Assembly (NCBI GenBank): GCA_004431415.1
Contig: QPMI01000163.1
Location: 62,001 to 126,000 of the forward strand
Origin: Cyanophora paradoxa CCMP329
Taxonomy: Eukaryota > Plantae > Glaucophyta
Reading direction: 5' to 3'
DNA length: 64,000 bases
The first letter of the stretch is position 1, and each line of letters starts with the position of its first letter. The position numbers and the translations under genes are program-made. The notes beneath the pieces are model-generated. The model searched no databases, was not told the DNA's origin, and worked only from the letters and a program-made list of their open reading frames with translations. Positions 12,701 through 25,800 of the stretch are shown one piece after another.

Positions 12701-13540
12701 GTCGGACAACGGGGCCATCCAGCTCTACGAGCTCTCGGTGGTGAAGGGCGGGGTGGGGAGCGTGGGGCCGGGGGGCCCCGCCCCGGGCTCCATCGTGCCG
12801 CGGCACAAGTACCAGGACTTTGAGCAGCTGACCTCGGTCCACGTCAACGCCACCGACGACGTCCGCCCGCCCGCCCCGCCCCGCCCCGAGGCGCGCCCTC
12901 ACGCAGCCCCCCGCAGCTCTTCCTCGCCTCGGGCTACTCGAACCACGTGGGGCTCTACGACGTGAGCACGGGGCGGCGGCTGCAGCTCTTCAACGACCTC
13001 CACACGGAGCACATCAACGTGCTCAAGTTCGCGAACCACGCGCCGGCCCTCTTCGCCACCTCCTCCTTCGACCGGGACATCAAGCTCTGGGACCTCCGCG
13101 ACGGCTGCTCCCGCCCCATCTACACGCGCCAGTCGGACCGCGGCAACGTGATGGTCTGCTTCTCGCCGGACGACCAGTACCTGCTCGCCTCGGCGATCGA
13201 CAACGAGGTGCGGCAGTACGTGGCCGCCGACGGCCGCCTCCACCTCCAGCTCGACCTCGAGAAGACAGGCTCCCTCCACAACTACACCCGCTCCTACTAC
13301 ATGAACGGCCGCGACTACATCATCTCCGGCTCCTGCGAGGAGTCGGTCGTCCGCGTGCACTGCGCCCGCACGGGGCGCGCCCTGCGGGACGTGCCGCTGG
13401 ACAACGCCCGCTCCTCCGCCTCGCTCTACGTGCAGTCGCTGCGCGGCGACCCCTTCGCCCCCTTCGAGTTCTCCGTCCTCGTCGCCTACAACCGCTCCTC
13501 CCCGCCCCCCGAGATCGTCAAGATCTCCCTCCTCTCCTGA
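9739..13540 (+). CDS. DHU1: LRR + WD40 (DWD/DCAF-type) protein, similar to plant DWD HYPERSENSITIVE TO UV-B 1
   Basis: LRRs (LESLDLSFNHI, VLNLSNN, LEELLLDDNP), LRR cap PVCGQPHYREFVLAGVPQLRLLDG, then YRPRQFEYHP..YM|VFGTLSGDVVVVNH..SILGLCW and WD repeats (HINVLKFANH, TSSFDRDIKLWD, NYTRSYYMNGRDYIISGSCEE). These match motifs I recall from DHU1. Confidence 0.8.
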
Positions 13541-13960
13541 CCCGCCCCGCCCTCCCTCGACGGCCCCCCGGCGCCCTATACATAGCCAGCTGGACAGGGA
13601 CAGGTGGCCCCAGCAGGCCGCGCCGAAGCCCAGGAAACAGGCCCTCAAGCCTGCTCGCTCCACTGCTGAGTCTCTGATCGCTCGCACACTTTCTGTCATA
13701 ATTTTGTTCGTGTACATTACCGATAATCCTCGCGCTAGCCCTAGATCTACAGACAGTTCGTATATGTGTAATTTCCTTGAAAAGAAAGCCTCTTATCGTT
13801 CTGCCGCGGCCACTGACCACGATCATGGGATCCGCGACTAAGGGAAGCCCCGCGGGGCGGTGTTTGTCTACTAGTCTAGCCTAGTAGGCCGCGGGCTAGG
13901 AGAAGCGCTATTTGACTAGGTGGGCATCCCCAGCCGTGCCCTCTTCAACGAGGGCGGCGC

Positions 13961-16001
13961 CTACATCGGGGCGGCCTTCTTGCCGCCCTTGGACTTCTTG
14001 GAGGCGGCGGCCTCCTTGCCCTTGGCCTTGCCGCCGGCCTTGGGGGCCGCCGCCACCTCCGCCGCCCCCGCCGCCCCCGCCGCCGCCGCCTGCTCCTGGT
14101 CCGAGGCCGCCGGCGAGGTCGGGCCCTCGGGGAGGACCGCCGCCCTCGCCTCCCCCGCCGTCGGCACAGCTGCCGGCGTTGCCGGCGCCGCCGCCGGCTG
14201 AGTGATGGCGGGAGACGTGACTGGCTGCGGGGCGCCCGCGGGGCTACAAGGCTTGGGCGAGGATGTGAAAGCCTGCGGGGGCGCGGCGGGGGCGCCGGGC
14301 TGCCCCGCGGGAGGGCCTGCGCGGGGCCGCCGCGTTGCCGCCGCCGGTCGCCTGCCTGCCGCGGACGGCGGGGCCGTGCTCGGGGCAGTTCGGGTTCGTG
14401 CACGCCTGGACCGCCGTCGCAGCCGGCGGGGCCCCGCCCGACGCTCCCGCCCGCCCCGCCGCCGCCGCCGCTGCCGGAGCGACCGCTGCCAGTGTCGGCG
14501 CCGCCGCCGCCGCGGGAGTCGAGGGAGGAGCCGGGTGCGCGGCGGGCTGTGCGGCGGGGCCGTGGCTGGAGGGCCGCTCGGCGGGGCGGTCGGGGACGGG
14601 GGCACGGGGCCGGGAGCGGGGCGGTCGGGGAGGGGGCACGGGGGCGGGGAGCGGGGCGGGGGCGGGGCGCGGGGAGAGGGGCCGGGCGCCGGAGGCGGCG
14701 AGGGCGGCGTCGAGGCGCAGGCGCGTCTCGCTGTGCGCCGCCAGCTCGACCTGCAGCTGCGCGTACGCCTGTGCGCCGGCCCTCACGGGAAGAAGAGGGG
14801 GAATCGGGGAGGGGCGGGGGGGCGGGGTGCGGGCCTGGACGTAGGCCGTGTAATAGGAGTCGCGGGAGGCCTGGAGGCGCTCGAGGGTGCCCTTGGCCTC
14901 CGCCAGGCCCTTGCGCAGCAGCGCCACGTACTCGATCACCTTGCGCCCGGGTGTCACCGGCCCGGCCTTCATATTCGACTTCGAGGCTTCAAGCTAGCAG
15001 GCCGGGCTAGGATCGCAATCTGGGATCACCTTGCGGAGGTCCCGCTGCGTCGCCTCGAGCTCCTGCTGGCCCCGCCCCCGCTCCGCCTCGGCCTGCTCCG
15101 CCCGCATCGCCAGCGCCCGCATCGCCTTCTCCGCTGCCGCCTGCTGCATCACCAGCTTCGCGATCTCCGCCGCGCTCTCCGTCTGCGCGCGGCGGCCGGG
15201 GCGGTGGGCGCGGGGCGGTGGGCGGTGGGCGGGGGAGGACGGACGGCGGCCTCCTCGTGCTGGCGGAGCTGCTCGCGCAGGCCGGCCTCGGCCTCCGCGG
15301 CGCGCCGCAGCGCCGAGGCGACCTGCTCCTCCGCGTGCCCCGCGATCCGCAGCACGTCCCCCGCCCGGCCCCGCACGCTCTCAGCCAGCAGCCCCCGCGC
15401 CTCGTCCCGCTCCCTCCGCGCCTCGTCCCGCTCCCGCTCCGCCGCCTCCGCTCGCGCCTCGAGCTCCCGCGCCCCGCGCGCCCGCGCCGCGAGGGCCGAG
15501 AGGCCCTCGAGGGAGCTCTTCAGCGCCACCGATTGCTCCGTCGTGAGGCCTTCGAGCGCCGCGTGGATCTCCCGCCACTGCCGGTTCCAGCGCCCCCGCG
15601 TCCGCGGCGTGTAGCTGACCACCCGCTTCGAGTTACGCGGCGAGTCGGCCGCCTTGCCCTGCTCCCAGCTCTCCGAAATCGCTTGCATCGACTTCGACAC
15701 CGCTTTCTCCTTGAGCTCCTCGTGCAGCGCGCTGCGCTCGCGCTCGATACGGGCAGGTGGCAGGCGCGGGCAGCCCGCACCACAGATGCCCGTAGAGGCA
15801 GGAGAGCTCGACGCTCTTCAGGACGTTTGTCATGAGGCTCTCTAATTCGGCGTCGTTGGAGCTGAGCCTTGAGCGGAGCTGCCCGATCTCTGCCTCGATG
15901 CTTTCGCGCGGACTGAAAACGCGGCTGATGGATCTGAACCTCGCGCTGAGATCCGAAGCTGGGCTTTCGGCCCTCTCAGGCGCCCACAGCTCGTTATCCA
16001 T
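13961..16001 (-). CDS. Hypothetical coiled-coil protein
   Basis: MDNELWAPE...IEAEIGQLRSRLSSNDAELESL and several E/R/A-rich heptad exons, followed by an Ala/Pro-rich tail ending GGKKAAPM*. Confidence 0.55.
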
Positions 16002-16193
16002 TTCGACTCGGCTGGTGCTGGCGACCTCGTAACGCACGCCCGACCGGCGGCGCGCTCTTCCGGCGGCTGGTTATAGCGCTGCTTGGTGTAAGAAAGTTGC
16101 GAAACGCTATCGGTGGTGGCTGCGCGTCCCAGCTAGGAGTCAGATCCGGAGGTGAGCGACTACCCCCCTGCGTTGCAACTGGCCCCTTCGACC

Positions 16194-19100
16194 ATGGAGC
16201 CGCGGGAGCCAGCGCCAGACGTGTTGGACGCAGATGATGGTGGAGAGGCGGTAGAAGAGCCCGGGGAGGACGAGGACGATGCCTGCGGGTTCAAGTCGTT
16301 CGTGGAGGAGTCTGCGCAGCTCCTGCAGCTCGTGGGCGAGCTGCCGACGTCCAGGGAGGAGTCTACAGCCGAGAAGATCTGCGCAATAGTACGCAACGCG
16401 CACCGCACGCCCGCACGGGCGCCGGCAGGCCGCAGCCGGGCCCGCGCGCCGCCGCCGTGCCCTGCGCAGCGCAGCTTGGCGCGCGTTCGGCTCATGCTTC
16501 GCTGTGCGCAGCTCGATAAGTATCAGGAGCAGCCCCAGCTGCTGGACCCGCACCTGGAGACGATTTTGGCGGGGACGATGGCTCGCGTGAAGCGCCGGGA
16601 CGTGCCCGCGGACGTGCTCCCGCGCCTGTTTCGGGTGGTGTACCACATCACGAAGGTCCGCGGCTACAAGACGTGCGGTGCGGCGCGGCGGGCGGGGCGC
16701 AGAGGGGCGGGGCCCGAGGCGGGCGGCAGTGCGCTTCTTCCCGCACGAGGTGGCGGACCTTGAGCGGACGGTGCTTGAGCTGGAGGGGCGGAGCGCGGGG
16801 GCGCACGGGGAGTGGGAGGCGCGCTACGTGCTGCTCCTCTGGCTCTCCATCCTCGTCATCATCCCCTTCGACCTCGCCTCCGTCGACTCCTCCCTCGTCC
16901 GCCCCGCCCCCCGCCGCGCCTCCCCCCGCCCCCGAGCCGCCGGGCGCGCGCCAGGGCGGCGGCGAGGCGGGCGGGGCCGGGGCCGGGGCGGGACGGTGGT
17001 GGAGCGCATCCTCGCCATCGGGCGGGGGCGCTCGCCGAGGCGGGGCCCACACGCGAGGCTGCCGCCCTCCTCCTCGCCAGGATCCTCACCCGGTGCCCCG
17101 CCCCCGCCATCGCCTGCGCCCCCGGCCGACGCGGCGGGGCGCGGCAGGCCCGACGTGCAGAAGGAGCGGCTCGAGGCCTTCTTCGAGTGGGCGCGGGGCG
17201 TCCTCGCGGGGGCCGCCGAGCCCGGCGCCTCGCCCTTCGTTGCCGCCGGCGTCCTCTCGACGCTCGCCGGCGTCTTTAAGGCCGGCCACAGGCGCGACCT
17301 CGCGCCCCTCGCCCCCGCCCTCCTCGGGCCCGTGCTGGCCGCCGGCGGGGCGGGCGGGGGCGCGGCGGGGGGCATCCTGCAGCGCAAGCTCGCCGCCAAG
17401 GTCGCCCAGCGCCTCGCCCTCGCCCACCTGCCCCCGCGCCTCGCCCCCTGGCGCTACCAGCGCGGTCCGCCCCGCCCGCCCTCCCCGCCGCCCCGCCCTG
17501 CCCCGCTCGCCCCGCTCACCGCGCACCGGCAGGGAGCCGCTCGCTGCTGCAGTCGCTGAGTGGCGCGGCATCGGCGGCGGCGGCGGCGGCGGGCCCGTCG
17601 GCGGGGGTGGGGGCGGCAGAGGGAGGGAGGAGGAGGAGTGGGAGGTGGCGGGGGAGGTGGAGGAGGTGCTGGGCATCCTCCTCGACGCCCTCCGCGACCG
17701 CGACACCGTCCGCCCCGCCCCGCCCGCGCATCCCGCCCCGCCTCACGCCGGGGCCGCAGGTGGTGCGCTGGAGCGCGGCGAAGGGCGTGGGGCGGGTGGC
17801 GGCGCGCCTGCCGCCGGCCCTCGCCGACGACGTCGTCCGCTCCGTCCTCGACCTCCTCGCCCCCGCCGAGGGTCCCGCCCCCTCCTCCCGCCACCGCCCG
17901 CCGTCCCCGCTCACGGCGCGCAGGCGAGGGGGCCTGGCACGGGGGCTGCCTGGCGCTGGGGGAGCTGGCGCGGCGGGGGGCGCTGCTGCCGGGGCGCCTC
18001 GCGGAGGCCCTCCCCCGCCTCCTCCGCGCCCTCGAGTACGACGAGCTGCGGGGCGCCCACAGCGTCGGCGCCCACGTCCGCGACGCCGCCTGCTACGTCT
18101 GCTGGGCCTTCGCCCGCGCCTACGAGCCCGCCCTCATGCACGAGCACCTCCGCGCCCTCGCCGCCGCCCTCCTCGCCTGCGCCGTCTTCGACCGCGAGGT
18201 CAACTGCCGCCGCGCCGCCGCCGCCGCCTTCCAGGCACGCGACGCCTTGTCCCCCCCGCCCGCCGGCGCCCTCGCGCGGCTCGGGGCTGAGGGCGCGGCG
18301 CAGGAGAACGTGGGGCGGCAGGGGGCCTTCCCCCACGGGATCGAGATCGTGACGGCGGCGGACTACTACTCGGTGGGCCCCCGCCCCTCGGCCTTCACGC
18401 TCGTGGCCCCGGCAATCGCGCGCTTCGAGGAGTACCGGGGGCCCCTCGCGGAGCACCTGGTGCGGCGCAAGGTGCCCCACTGGGACCCCGCCGTCCGCGA
18501 CCTCGCCGCCCGCGCCCTCGGCCGCATCGCGCCCCTCGACCCCGCCCTCTTCGCCGCCCACGTCCTCCCCAACCTCGTCCGCCCCCGCGCCCCGCGCCCC
18601 CCGCGCCCCCCGCGCCCCCCGACGCCCCGCCGCAGGTGCCCCGCTGCGTCTCGGCGGAGCTGAGCGAGCGGCACGGGGCGGCGCTGGCGGTGGCCGAGGT
18701 GGTCCTCGCCCTGTGCGCGGGGGCCGCCGGGCCCGAGGCGCTGCCCGAGGCGCTGCGGGGGGAGGTGCCCGAGATCGTGGCCCGGGTGGAGGCGGCGCGG
18801 CTCTACCGGGGGCGGGGCGGGGAGATCATGCGCGCCGCCGTGTGCCGCCTCGTGGAGTGCGTGGCGCTGGCCGGCCTCCCGCTGCACGAGAAGGCGCGGG
18901 CCCAGATGCTCGCCACCATCGACGAGTGCGCGCGGCACCCGAACGTCCGCATCGCCACCCGCGCCGTCGCCGCCTGCCGCGCCTTCTCCGCCCGCTACCT
19001 CGCCCCGGCGCCGTGCGCACCAAACCGCCCCCGACCGCTCCGGGGCCGCTGACGGGGCCGCCAGGGACGCGGCCGTGCCCGAGAAGGTCCTCCAGCGGAC

Positions 19101-21017
19101 CACCGACCGGTGCGCCGCGCCGCCCGCCGCCGCGCCGCCAGCCGATGGCGCCCGGCAGCTTCCTGGAGGTGGTGGAGCGGGACGAGAACGCGGCGGCGCG
19201 GCGGGGCATCGCCCTGGCGCTGGGGCCCTCCCGCGGCCCCTCCTCGTGCCCCGCCTCGCCGCGCTGCTCCCGGCGCTCTGCCGGGCGACGGCCGTCGAGG
19301 AGGTCGCCGAGCGGCGGGACGCGGAGAGCCGGCGCAGCGCCGTCCACGCCCTCGTCGCCGTCTGCTGCACCGTCGGCGTCGACCGCCCCGACGGCCCGCC
19401 CCGCCCCCGCCCGCCCCGCCATCCCCGCCCCGCCGGCCTGACGCTCGGGCGGGGCGCGCAGGGCTGAGCGGGGAGCAGGCGGGGGCGGCGGGGGCGGCGC
19501 TGCTGGGGGCGCTGGGGGACTACAGCGTGGACAGCCGGGGCGACGTGGGCTCCTGGGTGCGCGAGGCGGCGATGGCGGGGCTCGAGCGCCTCCTGCTGCT
19601 CCTCGCGGCGCCGGCCTCCCGCCTCGGGCCGCCCCCGCCGGGCCTCGTGCAAGACGCCTTCGGCGCCCTCCTCAAGCAGCTCGCCGAGAAGATCGACCGC
19701 GTCCGGTGCCCCCCGCCCGCTCCCCTCCCATCCGTCGTGCTGCTGACGCCGGCCTGGGCAGGCGGGTGGCGGGGGAGGTGCTCCACCGGCTGCTGCACGC
19801 GCGGGAGCCGGCGGTGCCGGGCGTGCCCCACCGCGCCGAGCTCGAGGAGATCTTCCCCGCGTGCGCCCCGCCCGCCCCCCGTCCCGCGCGCCCCCACACG
19901 GGGGGGCAGGGAGGAGTGCGGGCCCGGGGCCGGCATGAACTGGGCGGCCCCCGGGGCGACCTTCCCGCGGGTGGTGCGGGCGCTGGCGCTCCCCGCGTAC
20001 GCGTCCCCCGTGCTCTCGGGGCTCGTCGTCTCCGTGGGCGGCCTCACCGAGTCTCTCGTCCGCCACTCCTGGGCCGCCCTCGCCGCCCACGCCGCCGCCG
20101 CCGCCGCCCGCTCCCCCGACGGCCCCGCCGTGCGCCCGCCCCGGCGCGGCGCGGGGCACGGGGGGGCGGGTGTGAGGCGGGGCGGGGCGGGGCAGGGGGC
20201 GGCGGGGCGGCTGGCGGGGTCGCTGGTGGAGGTGCTGGAGCGGCACGCGGGGACGAGCGCCTCGTCGTCCCCGCCTTCAAGGCCCCGCCCCCGCCACCCG
20301 CCCCGGGCCCCCTCCTCCAGCCGACCCTCCGCCCCGCAGACGCTCGACCTGCTGCTCACGGGCCACCACCTCGACGCGCTGCCGGCGGCGGGGGCGGCGG
20401 GGGTAGCGGAGCGGGTGCGGCGCGAGGTCGCCGCCTCGAAGGAGATCGTCAAGTGCATGGCCGCCGCCCCCGTGTCCGCCCTGCCCCGCCCCGCCCCGCC
20501 TCCACCCCCGCGCACGCGAGCGGGGGCGGCGGGCAGGCTGGCGGGCCTGCTGCGGTTCGAGGAGCCGGCGCGCGGGGCGGCGCTGGCGGGGCTGCTGGGG
20601 CTCCTGCGGGGCCGCTTCCCCAAGGCCCGGCGCCTCGCCGCCGCCGAGCTGGTCGCCCGCTTCGAGGCCCCGACGGCCCCGCCCCGCCCGCCGCCCGCGA
20701 GCGCGTCGTCGCCGCCCTCCTCGCCACCGACTGGCCCGCCCGCTGCCCGCCCCGCCCGCCCGCCCCGTCCGCCCCCTCTCACTCCCGGGGCGGCAGGGAT
20801 AAGCCGCTGGCGGAGACGCGGGGGGCGGCCGACGAGCTGTACGCGATGCTCGGCGTCGAGCGGCCCAAGGCAGCGCCCAAGGCCGACGCCGCCCCCGCCC
20901 GCCCCGCCGCCCCCAAGGACGAGTCCTACACAGGTGCACGTCGACCCTCCCGCCTCCCTCCCGCCTCCAGGCGACGGTAACGCCCCTGCAGACCTCGTCA
21001 AGGAGATGGGGTACTGA
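16194..21017 (+). CDS. TBCD: Tubulin-specific chaperone D
   Basis: [143 protein letters not shown]. Apparent single-G losses near 19225 and 20250. Confidence 0.95.
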
Positions 21018-21570
21018 GTCGACTGGTCAACGCCCGCATCGCTGCACCAGCTTATAGCGCTATAGCTAGCGAATAACAAGCGCTGCAGCTAAGCTTCCCG
21101 GTTTCTTCCCCCCCCCCGCCCTCCTTCCCCCCTCTCAAGAAAGCTCTACCCCTGATTCCAAGAAAAAAGCAAGCAAACTTTGCTGCAGCACACCAGCGCC
21201 TTCAGCAACGCTGTCTGACCGAGCGGGATATCCACAATCTGCAGAATCCGCCCCGCCCCTGCGGGTTGCCGAAAGTAGCGACTCAAGCTGACGTGACCTT
21301 CAGCGCCTGGGAGAAGCTGAGGCCTGAGCTGAGCCTGAGAGTCATCAGCCTGACATGCTCGGCGGTCGCGTTGCCATAGTTCCCAGTTGTAGGTAGCAAG
21401 GCGTTTCGCGCATGGCAACGCGGGTGCGGTCTTAGCTGCGCATATCTGTAGCGCGGAATCATTAGCTAACCTCATGCGCCTGCAGAGTGTGCAGACGTGG
21501 TCCGCTCTGGCAGCCCCAGCACCGCGCGCCCAGCCCCTCTCACTCATCCGCCAGGTTCCCCCCGGCGAGC

Positions 21571-22744
21571 ATGGGCAAGGCGAGCCCGAAGCGCGGGCGG
21601 CCGGCCCACCTGGCGCCGCTGCCGGCGCGGTCGGCGAGCCAGCGGTCGCTGACGGCGCTGGAGGAGGTGCTCGTGGAGAAGATCGTGAACGCGCCCAAGG
21701 TGGCGAGCGTCGACGACCTCCTCTCCTCGAAGCAGTGGCGCCTCCCGGCCTACGCCCCCGTCCTCCCCTCCGTCCTCGCCCCCCTCATGGGCTCCGCCTC
21801 CTTGCAAGTCGCGGTGCGCCGGCCGGCCCCGAGGCGCGCCCCGCTGGCCCGTCCCGCGCCGCTCACGCCGCGCCGCGCAGCTGAGCGCGTACAAGATCCA
21901 CGAGAAGCACACGCGCTCGCTCCCGTCCCTCCACGAGCTGCCCCCGCAGCCCCAGCTCGGGGTGCGCCCCCCGCGCCGGCCCCAGCCCCCGCGCCGCGCC
22001 GCCCGACGGCCGGTCGCGGGCAGGCGGTGCTGCGGGGCCCCAGGAAGCCGGTGACGCAGCTGCAGCGGCAGATCCGGCGGGCCCCGACGCGCTCGCCCCG
22101 CTCGCCGCGGACGTCGGGGTCGGAGGGCGAGGGGCGGGCCCCCGCGGGGGCGGCGGAGGAGAAGCGGAAGGTGCGGCGGCGGCGGAAGAAGCCGGCGCGG
22201 GGCGCGCTGGCGCAGCTGGTGCACGAGGCGCCCCCGACGAGGACGGGCCCGAGGCCCCCGACTCGACCCGCACCGAGGACCTCACCCCGCGCCGCCGGTC
22301 CGCGCCCCGCCCGCCCAGGCCTCCCCGCCCGCCCGCCGGCCCTGCGCCGGGGCGACGCGGCGGGCGTGCCGGGGGCGCAGGTTCGCGAAGAAGTGGAACC
22401 CGCGGGTGGAGAAGGTGGTGGTGACGATGCTGGCGGAGAACATCCTCCGCGGCAACAGCGACGAGGTCATCCGCATCTACGACGAGGTCCGCGCGGCCCC
22501 CCCGGGGCGCCCCGCCGCGGGCCGCGCGGGGCCCCCGGGGCTCAGGCGGGGGCGGGCGAGCAGATGATCCCGCCGGAGCTGCCGCGGGAGGAGGTGGAGC
22601 GCATCAAGGCCGACGCCCTCCGCCTCTCCAAGGAGCGGTCCGCCCCCGCGAGCCCGCCCCGCCCCGCCGCCCCCGACCCCCGCCCCCGCCCCCGCCTCAC
22701 CCCGCCGCCCCGCTCGCAGCGCCTTCGAGATGCGCTACTCCTAG
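21571..22744 (+). CDS. Hypothetical multi-exon protein
   Basis: MGKASPKRGRP...|LSAYKIHEKH...|FAKKWNPRVEKVVVTMLAENILRGNSDEVIRIYDE|MIPPELPREEVERIKADALRLSKE|AFEMRYS*, with consistent introns. Confidence 0.6.
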
Positions 22745-22856
22745 CGCTCCTTCCCGCGCCCCGCGCCCCGCCCTGCCTTCTCCCTCCCCCGCCCCCTCCC
22801 TCCTTCGCCCCCGCCCTCCCTCCCGTCTTTTTTTTCACCGAATTCGCCGCTTCTTC

Positions 22857-25800
22857 TCACGCACGACCGCGATCACGCGACGGCGCGGGCGAGGTACTGC
22901 TCGAGCAGGCGCGCGTACGTCTGCGTGCCCGTGTCCGCTGGGGTGGCCCCCCGCAGCGCCCCCGCTTGCTCCCCGGATGCCGCCTGCGCGCGCCGGTCAG
23001 CCAGTTCGCCCACCCGGGCCGGCGCTTCTCTGGGGGCCGCGGCCGCACCGGGGCCGGGGCGCTGAGGACGGGGCGGGTGAGGGCGTCGAGGGAGAGTGGT
23101 AGGGCGGAGCTCGAGGCTGCTGCGTCGGGGCGCGCGGCGGCCTCGAAGAGGCGCGAGGCGATGGAGGAGTGGAGCGGGGGCGGCGCCGGCAGCGGCGCGG
23201 CGGGGAAGGTGGGGTTGTTGAGGGCCCGGGGGAGCGCCCGGGCGGGGGGCGCCTCGGGGGGAATGCTGAAGGAGACGGAGCGGGCGGCGCGGGGCCGCTT
23301 GGAGGGACTCAGGTACGGCGCCAGCGGGTCCGATGCCGGCCCCGCGCCCGAGGGGCCGGCCACGGGCGGCCCCGACGAGTATCCCGCGGAGTAGGCGCCA
23401 ACGCCGAGGCTGCCGCTGCCGCTGCGGCGGAGGGGCTCCGGGGCGGGGAGCGAGCGCGGACGCGGCGTCGTCTCCGCGCTGCCCCTGGGCTCCGCGCCGC
23501 CCGGCCCGCCCGGGGCTCCTGCCCCGGCCGCCAGCGCCGGCGCCGAGGCCGGCCGCGCGGGGCTGCTGCCCGCGGCGGCGAGCGACGGGGCAGAGGCGGG
23601 GCGGGCGGGGCTGCGGGCGGGGCTGACGCTGCTGCGGGCGGGTGACGCGCTGCTGCGGCTGCTGCGGTCGCTGCTTGAGGCGCGCTCGTAGCCGCCTCCG
23701 ACGCGCCGCACGCCAGCCGCCCCTGGGCGCCCCGCGCGGGCGCCGGCCTCGCCCGCGGGGGGCATGTCGTTGAGGCGCGGCCGCTCGCCCCGCACGAACG
23801 GCTGTCCCCACGTAAGTCAACGAAGAGGAGAAAACGGGAGAACGCGGCTCGGATCAAAGGAGAGAGAGAAGGGCGCACGCGGTGGGCGGCGTAGTGGTGC
23901 TCGGGGCGGGTGTAGCAGCCCGGGGTGCCGGCCCGGTGGAAGCCGTCCCGGCACGCCTGCCACTCCGCCCCGTACAAATAGGGCCCTGCGCGAGGGGGGA
24001 GGTCACGCCGGGCGAGCGGGGCGGGGCGGGGCGGGGCGGGGCCGGCGCGCCGTTGCCCCTGGCGAGGGCGGGGTGGAAGGTACAGGCGCCGGGGGCGAGG
24101 AGGTCGTTGAGGCCGCAGCGCTGGCAGGCGCGCATGTCGAGGGGCCCCAGCCACTCCACCGGCCTGCAAGCCCGCGCGTCAGCCGGACGGCGCCGACACG
24201 GCAAGGCCCGGGCGCGCGCCGGCCCCGCGCACTCTGTCTGCGCGGAGGTCGTGGCGAGGGGCGGCCGGAAGCTGGAGTCGAGGGAGGTGTCGGGGCCGTC
24301 CATGCCGGGCGACCCGATCGAGCCGCCCGAGGGCGCGCGGCGCGGGGCCGCCCTCTCGGGGCCGGCGCCGCGCCCCTCGCCCCTGCCGAAGGAGGACGGG
24401 CTCCCCAGCGACTCGGCCGCGGAGGCCGGGGCCGGGCCGGGCGGGGCCGGGGCGGGGCCGGGGCGGGGCGGCGCTGGGCCTCGGCCTCGAGGCGGGCGTG
24501 GAGGGCGGCGAGGCGGGCCTCGTGGGCGCGCTCCAGCTCGCGGACCACTCGCCGGTGGCCCTCCGCCGCCTCCTCCAGCTCCCGCCGCCGCCGCTCGTCC
24601 GCCTCCGCGGCGAGGCCCTGCAGCGCCGCCGCGTGCTGCGCCTGCAGCTGCGCCGCCCGCACGTCGAAGTCCCGCTGCATCCGCTCCGCGCTCCGCATCA
24701 TCCCCGCCACCCGCGCGTCCCCCTCCTCCTGCGCGCCTCGTGAGCGGGGCGGGAGGGACGGGGCGGGGCGGGCGGCGGGGCGGGCCGTGACGGAGGCGAG
24801 GAGGCGCTCGCAGGCGGCGCGCTCCTGGGCGAGGCGGGCGTCGAGGCCGGCCTCGAGCTCCGCCAGCCGCCGCTCCCGCTCCTCGATCGCCCGGTCCCGC
24901 TCGTTCAGCTCCTCCGCCACCCGCACCCGCGTCGCCTCCTCCGCCGCCGCTGCCGCCCCGGCTCAGCGGGGCGGGGCGCGGGGCGGGCGGGGGCACCGAT
25001 GGCGCGGTCGCGCTCCTCGCGGGCCTTGATCGCCTCCACCTCCCGCTCGTGCAGCTCTGCCCGCCCCTCAGCGCCCGCGGCCCGGCGCGCCGGCGCGAGG
25101 GCGGGGCGCGCGGACCGCCCTCGAACTGGCGGCGCTGGCAGTAGAGCTCGTAGTCGGAGCGCTCGCGGACGTCGCGGCCGGCCCGCTCGAGCTCCTCCCG
25201 CAGGCGCGCCGACTCCGCCTCGAGGGCCTCGACAAGCCGCCGCAGCGTCCCCTCCCGCTGCTCCGCCGCCTCCCGCACCTGCGCCACCTCCCGCTCCGCG
25301 CGCTCCCCCGCCGCCCCACCGCCGCCGCCGCCTCCTCCCGCGCCGCCCGCTCCCGCGCCTCCCCCTCCCGCCGCACCGTCTCCAGCTCCTCTGCGCCGGG
25401 CCGGGGCTCGGGGCGCCGCCTCGGGCCGCTCGGGGCGGGCGGGCGGGCACGGCGGGCGGCGGCGGCGAGGCCCTCGACCTCCTCGCGGTGGTGCGCCACC
25501 ATCGCGTTCACCGCCGCCTGCTGCCTGCGCCCGCCCCCGCCTCGGCCCCCGTCCCCGCCCCCGCCCGGCCTGCCCGGCGCACCGTACGACGAGCTGGCCG
25601 AGCTCGCGGGCGTGGGCGTCGCGGATCTGGGCGAGCATCTTCTGGTAGCCCTCCCGGAAGACGGCCTCGCGCTGCGCGGCGGCCTCCTTGGCGCGGCGCA
25701 TGACCCCCTCGAGCTCCGCCTCGACGCTGGCGCTCCCCTCGAGGGCCTCCACGCCCACGGGCACCGGCACGCCGAGCACGCGCTCGCCCAGCTCCCGCAC

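Noticed and set aside
19200-20260. Frameshifts in TBCD suggesting a pseudogene or recoding
   Set aside because: Each is fixed by adding one G to a G run, and TBCD is a conserved housekeeping gene. Most likely homopolymer assembly errors.
21367-21422. 11-bp inverted repeat cgcgttgccat/atggcaacgcg resembling RFX X-box halves
   Set aside because: The halves are 34 nt apart rather than adjacent, and there is no evidence for RFX factors here.
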